A stretch of DNA of 64,000 bases from Myxococcota bacterium. GTDB taxonomy: Bacteria > Myxococcota_A > UBA796 > GCA-2862545. Made by a program: the position numbers and the translations under genes. The stretch covers positions 1-64,000 of the forward strand of contig JBCCQY010000034.1 of NCBI GenBank assembly GCA_039208735.1. Reading direction: 5' to 3'. Positions 19,894 to 29,044 of this stretch are shown piece after piece; the stretch's first letter is position 1; the number at the start of each line of letters is the position of its first letter. The notes beneath the pieces were generated by a model. It ran no database searches. It was not told the origin of the DNA and saw nothing but the letters and a program-made list of their open reading frames with translations.

Positions 19894-22800
19894 CTACCGC
19901 CGAGTGTCCCTGAGATGCTGCGCTTGGTGAGCGTGCTCCAAGACAAAGGCTTGAAGGGCGTCCATCGTGGGGTGGTCGAACGCCAAGGTAGGAGGCAAGA
20001 CCACACCGAGGTGACCGGCAAGCCGCTCGCGAAGCTCCATCGCCATGATGCTGTCCATCCCGACCTCGAAGAAGCTGGTGCTCCGATCGAGCGGATCGGT
20101 CGACGAACGACCAAGCACCTCGTGTACGGTACGCTCAACGACCTCATCAAGCGGCACGTCGACCGCCGACGCCAATGGCGAGGGTTCCTGGGTCGACACC
20201 CCCGCAAGACGAGCAACCAGGCGTACCCCCGGCCGAGACGCGCGAAACGCCGCCCAGTCGAAGGGCGCAACCACCCAGGCTCCCGATCCGGCAGCGAGGC
20301 AGCGCTCAAACACGTCCACCCCAACGGCGGGCGAAAGCGCCTGGATGCCCGAGGCTTCCCATTCTCTGCGGATGCTTGGCGGGACGCGATCGGCCAGTCC
20401 ATCGCCCGCCCAAGGCCCCCATGCAATGAGGGTTGTGGGCAACCCCTGCCGCTGGCGCCATTGCGCAAAGGCATCCAGGAACGCATTCGCCGCTGCGTAG
20501 GCCCCTTGACCGGGGTTCCCCAACCATCCTGCGATCGAGCCGAACAAAACGAGGAACTGCAAGTCGGGGAGCGACCGGTGAAGCGCACGAGTCCCGGCAA
20601 CTTTCGACCGAAGTACCGTTTCGATCTGAGCCTCGGAGAGGTGTTGGAGGGCGGTATCTGCGGTGACGCCTGCACAATGAACCGCCCCTACGATGGGCTC
20701 GTCGAGGTCCTCGATGAGGGACGAAAGCGCGACCTCCTCGGCAACGTCCATGGCACGAACGGTGACGTTGCAGCCCTCCTCCTCAAGGTCCCGAACCAGC
20801 TCCGCCGCCCGCTCGTGGTCCCCCCCGCGACGCGACGCCAGGACGAGATGACGGGCGCCTCGTGAGGCAAGCCGCCGCGCCATGGCTCCGCCGAGTGCCC
20901 CAAACGCCCCTGTGATCAGGATTGCGCCATCGGGTGGAGACCAGGAGGCCGACGCGACGTCCTGCGGCAAGAGCCGGGCCACTTCGATCCGATCCGTGCC
21001 AACGCGGATCACATCGTCGTCGAGGCCCGCTTCGAGGACGCTCAACAATCGGTCTGGTGCCGCGTCTAGTTCGATGCACCCACCACGACGTAGGGGCTGC
21101 TCGCTAACAAGGGTTCGCCACAGTCCCCTCAGAACCGCGGTGTCGGGCTCCTGAGCGTCCCGCGTTACGAACCACACCTCGGCGGCCGCAGGCAAGTCGC
21201 GAATCGCATGGACAGCCAGGGGAACAATGGCCTCGGCCAAACTTCCCGTTGGCGCAACGATCACGCCCATCGCGTGCTCGACCATCTCGGAATGCACCGT
21301 GGCCCCTCGAGCGACCAGAGCATCGGCGATCGCGGGGTCGCCCAGCACCACCCACGGTCCCTCAAGATCCCGGTGAGGCGCGGCTAGCGACGTGGGATGC
21401 CATGCGACCCGGAGGATCGACGTTTGCCGCGCTTCTTGCGACACTTCAGGCACCCAAAACCGCTCGGTGGACCGTTGGGTAGGCGGCATGGCGATCCGAC
21501 GGCCCGCGCCCAGGTGATCGAGGTCGATGCCCGAGAGCCGTAGACGCCCGAAGGCGAGCAGGAGCGCGGAGGGTTCATCCACCGCACGGTCCAGCGATGC
21601 CACACAGGACGTCCGAACACCGTTCCTCCTCGCCAACTCTGCGAGGACCGATCGGGGCCCGATCTCGAGGAAGCCGTCGCAATCGTCCGCAACGGCCTGG
21701 TTGACCGCATCCGCGAACCGCACCGGCTCTCGAGCCTGCCGTACCCAGTACGCAGGGGTCGCCATCACCTCGGCGGTCAATGTGGAATCGACCGTCGAAA
21801 CCATGGGTACATCTGGCTTGTGAAACGACAGGGACTCCGCGACCTTAGCGAGCCCCGATAGCGCCGGTCCCATCAAGGGACTGTGGAAGGCTCGCTCCAC
21901 CTGAAGGGAGCGGGTGCCGATGCCGCTGGTCGTGAAACGCTCCACGACGGCTTGAACGGCAACCTCCTCTCCCGAAATCACGGTTTCGTGGGGCGCGTTG
22001 ACCGCAGCAATGGTGACGCCATCCACGCGTTCGCAAATCGCCCCGACCAGCGAAGCCTCGGCAAAGAGGACGGCCATGGCTCCGCCGAGCGGCAGCTCCC
22101 CCATCTGTCGCCCTCGCTCCACAACCAGTTTGGCTGCATCATCGAGCGACAACATCCCCGCGACATGCGCCGCCGCGATCTCTCCCACCGAATGCCCGAT
22201 GACCGCATCGGGCTCGACGCCTCGCTCGTGCCACCACGAAGCGAGCGCCACCTGCAGCGCGAACAACGCGGGCTGGGTGTAACGGGTGCGATGCACGTCC
22301 TCGGTGCCGATTCGAGCGAGCAACGATTCGCCCAGATGCGAGTCGACGGCGTCGAGAACCTGGTCGTGGGCCCTCGCAAAGGACTCGTTACTGGCCCGCA
22401 GTCCTGCGCCCATGCCGACGTACTGGGAGCCCTGGCCCGAAAACAGGAAGGCCAGCCCAGCCGGTGTTCGTCGCTCGGTGCGAGCCACCCCGGTCGTCGT
22501 GTCTCCCCGCAGCCGTTCTCGGGCTTCCGCGGCCGTCGTCGCGACGACCGCAACCCCATGCCGAAGCTTCGCGCGCCCCGCTTGGGACACAAAAGCGGCA
22601 TCCGCCAACGCATCGTCGTCTAATGCCTCCGCCCACGCCACCGCCGTCCGACTGGCCGCATCGCGATCTCCTGCAGAGAGGGTGAACAGCACCGGACCGG
22701 CGTCGTGAGGAAACGGAGGCATCGACGGCGCACGTCCCAACACCACATGGGCATTCGTGCCCGAGAGTCCGAAGGAGCTGACCCCGGCGATTCGTCGATC

Positions 22801-23985
22801 GTCGGACCAATCCAGGGCGGACGTTGGAATCCGCAGGGCGGACCCCTCGAGCCGAATTCGTGGATTGAGAGGCTCGGCGTTCCGCTGTGGGGGAATCGTG
22901 GCATAGCGAATCGCCAGGGCAGCCTTGAGCAATCCCGTGATGCCCGCCGCTGCTTCCACATGCCCGACGTTCGCCTTGACGGAACCCAACCATACCGGCC
23001 GGCCATCGGCGCGAGCATTGAACACCTCGCGGAGAGCGGCAATCTCGATGGGATCGCCAAGGGGCGTTCCTGTCCCGTGCGCCTCGACCAATCCCACTTG
23101 GTCTGCATCCACATTCGCCACCCGCAACGCAGACCGAATGACCTGGGTTTGGGCACGCGCCGAGGGAGCCGTGAGGCCGTTCGACCGCCCGTCGTGATTG
23201 AGCGCGCTGCCCAAGATCACCGCCCAGGGCTCATGGCCTTTGTCGAGGGCGTCCGACAGGCGCATCAGGTGCAACATGACCGCGCCCTCGCCGCGCCCGT
23301 ACCCGTCGGCATGGGCGGAAAAGGTCTTGCAACGACCATCGTTTGCCAAGACCCCCAGCCGATGAAAGTACAGTCCGGGCACCGGGGAGAGCACGAGGTT
23401 CACGCCACCGGCCAACGCCGACTCAACTTCGCCGGCCCGAAGCGCGGTCACCGCCGTGTGCAATGCCACCAGCGAAGAGGAGCATGCCGTGTCCAAGGAC
23501 ATCGCCGGGCCGGTCAGCCCCAGCAGGTATGCAACGCGCCCCGCCGCCACCGAGAGAAACGCGCCCGTGCCCGCGTATGGAGTGATCCGGTCCGAATCCG
23601 AAGACAGAAAGTGCCGTCGCCCATAGTCCGAAAGCCCAACTCCGACGTACACTCCGACAGGCCGGTTCGCGAGCTGGTCGGGTGCCGTCCCCGACGACTC
23701 GAGCGCCTCCCAGGCGACGTCCAAAAGGAGCCGCTGAGCGGGGTCCATATCGACGGCCTCGCGGGGCGAAATGCCGTAGAACGCCGCATCAAACTGGTCA
23801 ATATCCTGCAGGAATCCGCCCCGGGTCGGGGCCTCGGGCCAGGCATGAACGTCCCATCGCCCCTCTGGAACCTCGCCGATCGCGTCGACCCCATCGACGA
23901 GAAGCTTCCAGTAGCTCTGCAAGTCCACGACGCCGCCCGGAAGCCGCAGGCCCGCACCGATGATCGCGATGGGTGGTGGTTGCAT
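19894..23985 (-). CDS. Type I polyketide synthase, single module KS-AT-KR-ACP (no DH, ER or TE)
   Basis: KS DTACSSS/HGTGT/KANVGH; AT GQGSQ, GHSVG, AFHS; KR GAFGALG, YAAAN; ACP GMDSIMA; ATG 23985 lies 4 nt after the upstream stop. Confidence 0.95.
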   Translation of the reverse strand: MQPPPIAIIGAGLRLPGGVVDLQSYWKLLVDGVDAIGEVPEGRWDVHAWPEAPTRGGFLQDIDQFDAAFYGISPREAVDMDPAQRLLLDVAWEALESSGTAPDQLANRPVGVYVGVGLSDYGRRHFLSSDSDRITPYAGTGAFLSVAAGRVAYLLGLTGPAMSLDTACSSSLVALHTAVTALRAGEVESALAGGVNLVLSPVPGLYFHRLGVLANDGRCKTFSAHADGYGRGEGAVMLHLMRLSDALDKGHEPWAVILGSALNHDGRSNGLTAPSARAQTQVIRSALRVANVDADQVGLVEAHGTGTPLGDPIEIAALREVFNARADGRPVWLGSVKANVGHVEAAAGITGLLKAALAIRYATIPPQRNAEPLNPRIRLEGSALRIPTSALDWSDDRRIAGVSSFGLSGTNAHVVLGRAPSMPPFPHDAGPVLFTLSAGDRDAASRTAVAWAEALDDDALADAAFVSQAGRAKLRHGVAVVATTAAEARERLRGDTTTGVARTERRTPAGLAFLFSGQGSQYVGMGAGLRASNESFARAHDQVLDAVDSHLGESLLARIGTEDVHRTRYTQPALFALQVALASWWHERGVEPDAVIGHSVGEIAAAHVAGMLSLDDAAKLVVERGRQMGELPLGGAMAVLFAEASLVGAICERVDGVTIAAVNAPHETVISGEEVAVQAVVERFTTSGIGTRSLQVERAFHSPLMGPALSGLAKVAESLSFHKPDVPMVSTVDSTLTAEVMATPAYWVRQAREPVRFADAVNQAVADDCDGFLEIGPRSVLAELARRNGVRTSCVASLDRAVDEPSALLLAFGRLRLSGIDLDHLGAGRRIAMPPTQRSTERFWVPEVSQEARQTSILRVAWHPTSLAAPHRDLEGPWVVLGDPAIADALVARGATVHSEMVEHAMGVIVAPTGSLAEAIVPLAVHAIRDLPAAAEVWFVTRDAQEPDTAVLRGLWRTLVSEQPLRRGGCIELDAAPDRLLSVLEAGLDDDVIRVGTDRIEVARLLPQDVASASWSPPDGAILITGAFGALGGAMARRLASRGARHLVLASRRGGDHERAAELVRDLEEEGCNVTVRAMDVAEEVALSSLIEDLDEPIVGAVHCAGVTADTALQHLSEAQIETVLRSKVAGTRALHRSLPDLQFLVLFGSIAGWLGNPGQGAYAAANAFLDAFAQWRQRQGLPTTLIAWGPWAGDGLADRVPPSIRREWEASGIQALSPAVGVDVFERCLAAGSGAWVVAPFDWAAFRASRPGVRLVARLAGVSTQEPSPLASAVDVPLDEVVERTVHEVLGRSSTDPLDRSTSFFEVGMDSIMAMELRERLAGHLGVVLPPTLAFDHPTMDALQAFVLEHAHQAQHLRDTRR

Positions 23986-23989
23986 GCCC

Positions 23990-25120
23990 CTACAACTCAA
24001 CGAAGGGGAACGGCGCTTCGGGAGGGTTCATGCTCCACCGCAACAAGGCCGCCGCCTGGGTGAAGCCGGCGCCAGGGATGTAGATGAGCACAAGGTCTCC
24101 CTTCTTCAGACGACCCGACGACCACGCTACCCAGAGGTTCAGTGGCGCACTGGCGGACAGCGTGTGAGCGAACCGTTGAAAGTGTTCTTCAGCGGGCACG
24201 ATGCGACGGTCGTCGATGCCGATGACCGCCGCACACGCTTCGCCAAACCACACCCCCGCCTGGGCACAAATGAAGAAGTCAACGTCGTCGGTGGTGAGCT
24301 GATTGCGCTCCAACAGCGCATGACACGCTTCAGCGGCGTAGTTTGGGCCCGAAGTACCCATCTGCACCGCCAAACGCGGGTCACGGGCCTGAATGACCAT
24401 GCGGCTTTCGGGAGCGCCCGACTCATACCACCGGCGCCGCCCATCGGTTGCCGCCAGCACGATGCCCTCGCGGAGTCCCCCCTTCGTCAGTTGCAACCCA
24501 TCGACGAAGCCAAGCCCCTCCTCGACGGGCCCGACTACCTGGGCCACCGCCGCATCACCCAGCTGGGTCGACGTGGGGTCCGTGTAGTCGATGATGCGCG
24601 ATGTCGCGCTCGACTGGAACAAAAGCGCGGAACGACCGTCTGTGCACAGACGACTGGCGTGGATGAACTGGGGGACGAAGCTTGCGCAGCTTGCGGCCAC
24701 CGTCATGGCGCTCAATGGTTGCCCGAGGGATGGCAGCCGGTGCGCGACGAGGCCGTGGTTGCCGAGCCCCGCATCATCTGAGACGGTGCTGTAGCCGAGC
24801 AGTGTCTGAACTTCAGAGGGTTCTCCCTGCAGCCCCTCAAGGGCTTGGGTGCACGCTGCGACCTCGAGGTCGCTCGCTTCGTGATCCTCATCGATCGCGC
24901 GTCGCTCCTTTGCCCCTCGGAACGGATCGTCGGTCCAGCGACTGGCGGCCCGCCATGCTGGCGAAGCTCGATCGTTGGCTACCCGCGAATGGCTCTCGTT
25001 GATGACCCCGCTTGGAGTGACGGGAAATCCGTTTTCGATCCACCAGGCATTCGATCGAACCGTCTTGGGTAGACAAGCGCCCAGCGAGCGAATCCCGACG
25101 CCATTACCGTCCTTTGGCAT
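23990..25120 (-). CDS. 3-oxoacyl-ACP synthase III (FabH-fold) enzyme with non-canonical active site
   Basis: VGIRSLGACLP, DPFRGAKERR, AASCASF (Cys), LGDAA, DFFICAQAG, FAHTLSAS, GDLVL..PGAG; ATG 25120 overlaps the upstream gene end. Confidence 0.88.
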   Translation of the reverse strand: MPKDGNGVGIRSLGACLPKTVRSNAWWIENGFPVTPSGVINESHSRVANDRASPAWRAASRWTDDPFRGAKERRAIDEDHEASDLEVAACTQALEGLQGEPSEVQTLLGYSTVSDDAGLGNHGLVAHRLPSLGQPLSAMTVAASCASFVPQFIHASRLCTDGRSALLFQSSATSRIIDYTDPTSTQLGDAAVAQVVGPVEEGLGFVDGLQLTKGGLREGIVLAATDGRRRWYESGAPESRMVIQARDPRLAVQMGTSGPNYAAEACHALLERNQLTTDDVDFFICAQAGVWFGEACAAVIGIDDRRIVPAEEHFQRFAHTLSASAPLNLWVAWSSGRLKKGDLVLIYIPGAGFTQAAALLRWSMNPPEAPFPFVEL

Positions 25121-26771
25121 TGTTCTTTCCCTTGAAACCGGCCGCCCGTGGATTGGTCGGCCGCACTGTGGGGTCGATGGGAATCCGAAGCACGAGCGGC
25201 CCATCCAGGCGGTCGGGGGGCTCGAGATCGGACAACGCCATCACGTCGATGGCTTGGGCCCCCATAGCCCTCGCGAAGTCGACCAACGAGACATCCGCAC
25301 GGTCTCCATGCGCAGATCGGCCGTAGCTTTCCTTCATTCCATGGTTCACCATGCCCCAACCACCGTCATCGAAAACCGCGAGCACCAGGGGTACTCGGTA
25401 GCGGACCGCGGTAGCCAGTTCGTTGCCCACCATGAGCATCGTGCCATCGCCGCAGATGCAGACGATCGGGAGAACACCCCCAACTTCGGCCGCCATGCCC
25501 ATGGCCCGGCCCACCGAAGCTCCCATGCCCCCAAGCCCGATGCGCACTTGAAAGCCTCCCGGAGGCGTCTTCATGGCCGCAGAGAACAACAAGTGATTGC
25601 CGATGTCGGACAGAAATCGAGTGTTGGCGGGCCAACGTTTCTCGAAGACCTCCACCACCACCCGAGGATCGAAAGGGGGAGTAGGCACTACGATAGGCTG
25701 GGAAGGGCCTGCTTCCTGTCGCCGCCCACACGCCTCCACGAGATGCTCGCAGGCCAGGGCAAGGTCACCGACGATCGCAACATCAACGGCAAAGGCTCGG
25801 CCGATACGAACTGGATCATGGTCCATTTGGATTCGTGTGCAATCCGAGTTCGCCGTCAGTGTGAAGCCTGCCGTGCTCGTGTCGTCGAGGCGCACGCCAA
25901 CCGTCAAAAGCACGTCGATGGGCTCGGCGAGGTAACGCGAAACCTTCTCGGTCTGCCCAATCCCCAGCGCACCCAAGACCATTGGGTCGTCGGGCGCGAA
26001 CAAGGATCGAGCCTCGATATCCGTCAAGATTGGCATCTTGAGCTGGGCCGCAAGCCTCGACAATTCGGGCCCCAGTTCGCGAACCTGGGCGCCGAGCCCC
26101 GCGATGATGGCGCCCCGTTTGGCCTCACGGAGGTGTTGGGCTGCCTCCTCAATCGCGGCCTGGTCGGGCATCACGGGTTGTGGAGGAGGCGGCAGTGCGG
26201 AATGGTCGGGCAGTTGCAGCCTCGCCAAAGCTTGATCGACCGGCAAACGAATCACCGCGGGGCCCTGCGGATAGGTCATCGCTGCTTGCCAGGCGCTTTC
26301 CATCAGCTCCACGACCGACCCCGGCTCATCCAGCGCCGCCTGGAATCGAGTCAAGGGTTGCAAGATCTGCCCAATGTTCAATCCCTGGGGCCCTCCGTCC
26401 TGAAGAGCCCCTTTCCCCGACCATTCTGAACGAACTTCGCCCACCAGAACCAGAAGGGGGATTTCGTCTTCCTTGGCGGCTGCGATGGGAGTGATGGCGT
26501 TCAGGATGCCAGGGCCACTCGTGACCGCGAGGACCCCTGGTCGCCGGGTTGCGAGCGCCTCGCCGGCCGCGAGGTGCCCCGCCATTCCCTCATGTTGGCA
26601 CTCGACGAGTTCGAGCGAACAGTCGTTGAGTGCATCGAAAAATGGACTGATGGCCCCTCCGGGAATCCCATACACTCTGGTGATTCCTCGGTCTTCGAGC
26701 CATCGCGCAATCGTATCCGCCGCTCTTAGCGGAGCGGCAATCTGGGTGGTTCGGCTGCTTGGCTCCTTCAT
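25104..26771 (-). CDS. Thiamine diphosphate-dependent enzyme (acetolactate synthase-like carboligase)
   Basis: YGIPGG, QHE, TSGPG, GGMG, GDG...FDDGGWGMV cofactor motif; start ATG 26771 preferred, GTG 26816 possible. Confidence 0.92.
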   Translation of the reverse strand: MKEPSSRTTQIAAPLRAADTIARWLEDRGITRVYGIPGGAISPFFDALNDCSLELVECQHEGMAGHLAAGEALATRRPGVLAVTSGPGILNAITPIAAAKEDEIPLLVLVGEVRSEWSGKGALQDGGPQGLNIGQILQPLTRFQAALDEPGSVVELMESAWQAAMTYPQGPAVIRLPVDQALARLQLPDHSALPPPPQPVMPDQAAIEEAAQHLREAKRGAIIAGLGAQVRELGPELSRLAAQLKMPILTDIEARSLFAPDDPMVLGALGIGQTEKVSRYLAEPIDVLLTVGVRLDDTSTAGFTLTANSDCTRIQMDHDPVRIGRAFAVDVAIVGDLALACEHLVEACGRRQEAGPSQPIVVPTPPFDPRVVVEVFEKRWPANTRFLSDIGNHLLFSAAMKTPPGGFQVRIGLGGMGASVGRAMGMAAEVGGVLPIVCICGDGTMLMVGNELATAVRYRVPLVLAVFDDGGWGMVNHGMKESYGRSAHGDRADVSLVDFARAMGAQAIDVMALSDLEPPDRLDGPLVLRIPIDPTVRPTNPRAAGFKGKNNAKGR

Positions 26772-26816
26772 GGCCTGTCGCTCGGCGGAGGGCACGAGCG
26801 CGAAGATGGAATCCAC

Positions 26817-26947
26817 ATATTATAGCTATCCCCTATATAATAATGCGAGCAAGCCTAGGAATTTGGCCCTATTGTACGGATAATCAATCCTGAGCCAACG
26901 CGGAAAATTTTCATGAATTTTGCAGAATGAACATGACTTTTTGCAGA
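26817..26947 (-). promoter_or_regulatory. AT-rich promoter region of the ThDP/KASIII/PKS operon
   Basis: TATAAT on - strand at 26824-26819; direct repeat CATGA-x-T(4-5)GCAGA at 26912-26926 and 26932-26947; palindrome GAAAATTTTC at 26903-26912. Confidence 0.55.
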
Positions 26948-27116
26948 CAGTTCTAAGAACCGCTCCAGTAACGGCTCCTAGCTAGCCACTTCGGCAATGC
27001 TCAGACGCGATCTCGACACTGGCTTCCCGCACAGTGCGTCGAAGATCGTAGACCCTACCGGCCGATACAGAGCCCAAGAAGGGCCGTATCGCTCGCTTCA
27101 AGGTCGTTAGGACGAT

Positions 27117-27145
27117 GCGGTGGGAGGCCGTGCCTCACCTACCGC
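27117..27145. terminator. GC-rich hairpin downstream of the VWA gene, possible terminator or RNA stabiliser
   Basis: GCGGTGGGAGGC-cgt-GCCTCACCTACCGC imperfect stem; no U-tract. Confidence 0.25.
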
Positions 27146-27183
27146 CAAACCAATACCCAACGACGGGGAACTCCCAAGCCAGA

Positions 27184-28257
27184 CTACTTGGGCTCGACCT
27201 CTACAGAACCCTGAGTCGCTGACAGCAACGTGTACGTGACCTGGATGCGGTCGAGGGGATCGGGGAGGAAGTTTTGGAAGGTGATGGAGTTGCGAGTCTC
27301 GTCGTAAGTCCATTCCCCAGAGATCAATACAGGAGGTTCGCTTTCGTCGAAAACGGCTCGATCGAAGCCAATCTTTGTCGGCTGTGGTGCGCCGGTGTCG
27401 CGGAGCACGACGACCTCGATGGTGTCGGCCACAGGCGTCTGCGAAAGGAAGTACTCCCTCTTCAACCCCGAAGCCTGGATGCCGAGCCGCTCGAGGACCG
27501 AGGCCCATGCTTCGTTCTGGATATCGGCCTCAACCCCGCCGATCTGATCGGTGACTTCAAGGTAGCGAGTACCGGGCGACTCGGTGATGTAAACGACGCA
27601 GTTCGGAAAACAGACGATAGATGAGAAACTTCGCTCGTCCAGCGATGACTTTAATCCGTCGTACCACCGTATGTATTCGCCTAGCGAAATCAGGCTGTCT
27701 GGCGTCTGATCGTTCTCATCGCTGATGGTCACGACATGCAGCGAGGCATCATCTCGGTAGAACCCTTCGTTCTGTGGGGCATCCCGTTTGAGTTCGAGCA
27801 TCGTGTAGCTCGATGCAAGCCCCTGCTCGATTCCTGAGCCGCTAGTTCCCAGCCGAGCCATTCCGTTGAAGACCAGCGACGCATCTGGGACGTTCGGCGT
27901 GATGAAGCGGAGTCCTTCCGACTCCCTTAGGATTCCGGCTTCGACCGAGTTGTCCACATCCGTAGAGACCGCGCCAATATGGTAGTCCAGGCCCGAACCC
28001 TCAAAGAACTCCATGAAAGTCGGAAAGTTCTCGCTCAGTTGCGCCTGATTGTTGTCCATCGAGCAACTGTTGTCGATGACGAATAGGATGTCGACCGCAG
28101 GCGTCGTGACCTGAGTGATCGTATCGGTTTGGGAAATGACCTCGGGCGGTCGGGCGGCCGGCACTTGGGCTTGCTCTGCATCATCGCCGAACGTGACGTC
28201 GCCTTGGCAAGCAACAAGGACCGAAAACAGTGCGACTCGCGAAAACCATCGGTTCAT
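27184..28257 (-). CDS. VWA-like (MIDAS) lipoprotein of the myxobacterial type
   Basis: LVAC lipobox; VDILFVIDNSCSM (DxSxS), DYHIGAVSTD, EQGL, FYRDDASLHVVTISDENDQ. Confidence 0.85.
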   Translation of the reverse strand: MNRWFSRVALFSVLVACQGDVTFGDDAEQAQVPAARPPEVISQTDTITQVTTPAVDILFVIDNSCSMDNNQAQLSENFPTFMEFFEGSGLDYHIGAVSTDVDNSVEAGILRESEGLRFITPNVPDASLVFNGMARLGTSGSGIEQGLASSYTMLELKRDAPQNEGFYRDDASLHVVTISDENDQTPDSLISLGEYIRWYDGLKSSLDERSFSSIVCFPNCVVYITESPGTRYLEVTDQIGGVEADIQNEAWASVLERLGIQASGLKREYFLSQTPVADTIEVVVLRDTGAPQPTKIGFDRAVFDESEPPVLISGEWTYDETRNSITFQNFLPDPLDRIQVTYTLLSATQGSVEVEPK

Positions 28258-28356
28258 CGTGTAGGCTCCACAGCCGGTTGGCCATAAGGCTTGGCTACTT
28301 AGGCAATGCCCGCAAACGCTGACGAACTTCTACATGCAGAGCGTTCTGACCCTCGA

Positions 28357-28872
28357 CTAGCGACAGTATCGCGCGGTGACCGAGTCCGTCAGCACCTCCG
28401 TCTCGACGTTGAGCAAGACGGATTCACCCTGGTCTTCGACGAACTGGATCGTGCCGTCGATCGGAACGGGTTCAATGTTGGCTGCATTGCGACGCCCGTT
28501 GCAAGGGAAGACCTCAAGGTCGAATGCAAGTTGCCCTTCCAGATCGTCGAGCCCGTTCCACCCCAGATGGTGAAAAACGATGATGTCCGAGCGCGAGTTT
28601 GTGAGGCCTCCGGGGCACGTCCCATCCCTCTCCTCAACTCCTTTGCGCCAGAAGTCGCACTCGTGTTCCTCCGGTGGCGAACTGAACGGGTTGAACTCGC
28701 TTCCGCACGAAACCCGGTTCGCTTGGATGATACCGAAGAGCGCATCAATCTCGAAGTTGGGCAATGGAAAGGAACACGGAACAAGCACAGCGACGCTGGC
28801 CCCATTGAAATCGCGTTCTCCTGGCTCGGGTCCACAGCCCACCAACAACAGCAGTCCCCATCCCAAACGCAT
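28357..28872 (-). CDS. Hypothetical lipoprotein
   Basis: MRLGWGLLLLVGC lipobox; several Cys. Confidence 0.65.
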   Translation of the reverse strand: MRLGWGLLLLVGCGPEPGERDFNGASVAVLVPCSFPLPNFEIDALFGIIQANRVSCGSEFNPFSSPPEEHECDFWRKGVEERDGTCPGGLTNSRSDIIVFHHLGWNGLDDLEGQLAFDLEVFPCNGRRNAANIEPVPIDGTIQFVEDQGESVLLNVETEVLTDSVTARYCR

Positions 28873-29044
28873 GTCACCCCCGACGTTGACATGCCCAGCC
28901 CTCGCAACAGAACTTCACCGAAAGCGCAACCCCAGGTTCTAGACGACGCATCTTCTGCACTCTGGCGGGCGTGGTCAACGCCGCGTGGCGAATCACACGT
29001 CGCGACCGTGACGGGAACCTGTCGGGGTCTTCCGGACGGGGGCG

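Noticed and set aside
23990..25204. Calling the KAS III gene fabH and using the 25204 start
   Set aside because: His/Asn catalytic positions are altered; the extension overlaps the ThDP gene by about 100 nt
22705..26429. Long + strand ORFs (22705-24063, 23960-24781, 24975-26429)
   Set aside because: Antisense shadows of the motif-supported PKS, KAS III and ThDP genes; typical of high-GC DNA
25104..26816. Calling the ThDP gene ilvB/ilvI
   Set aside because: No small subunit or ilvC nearby; operonic with KAS III and PKS
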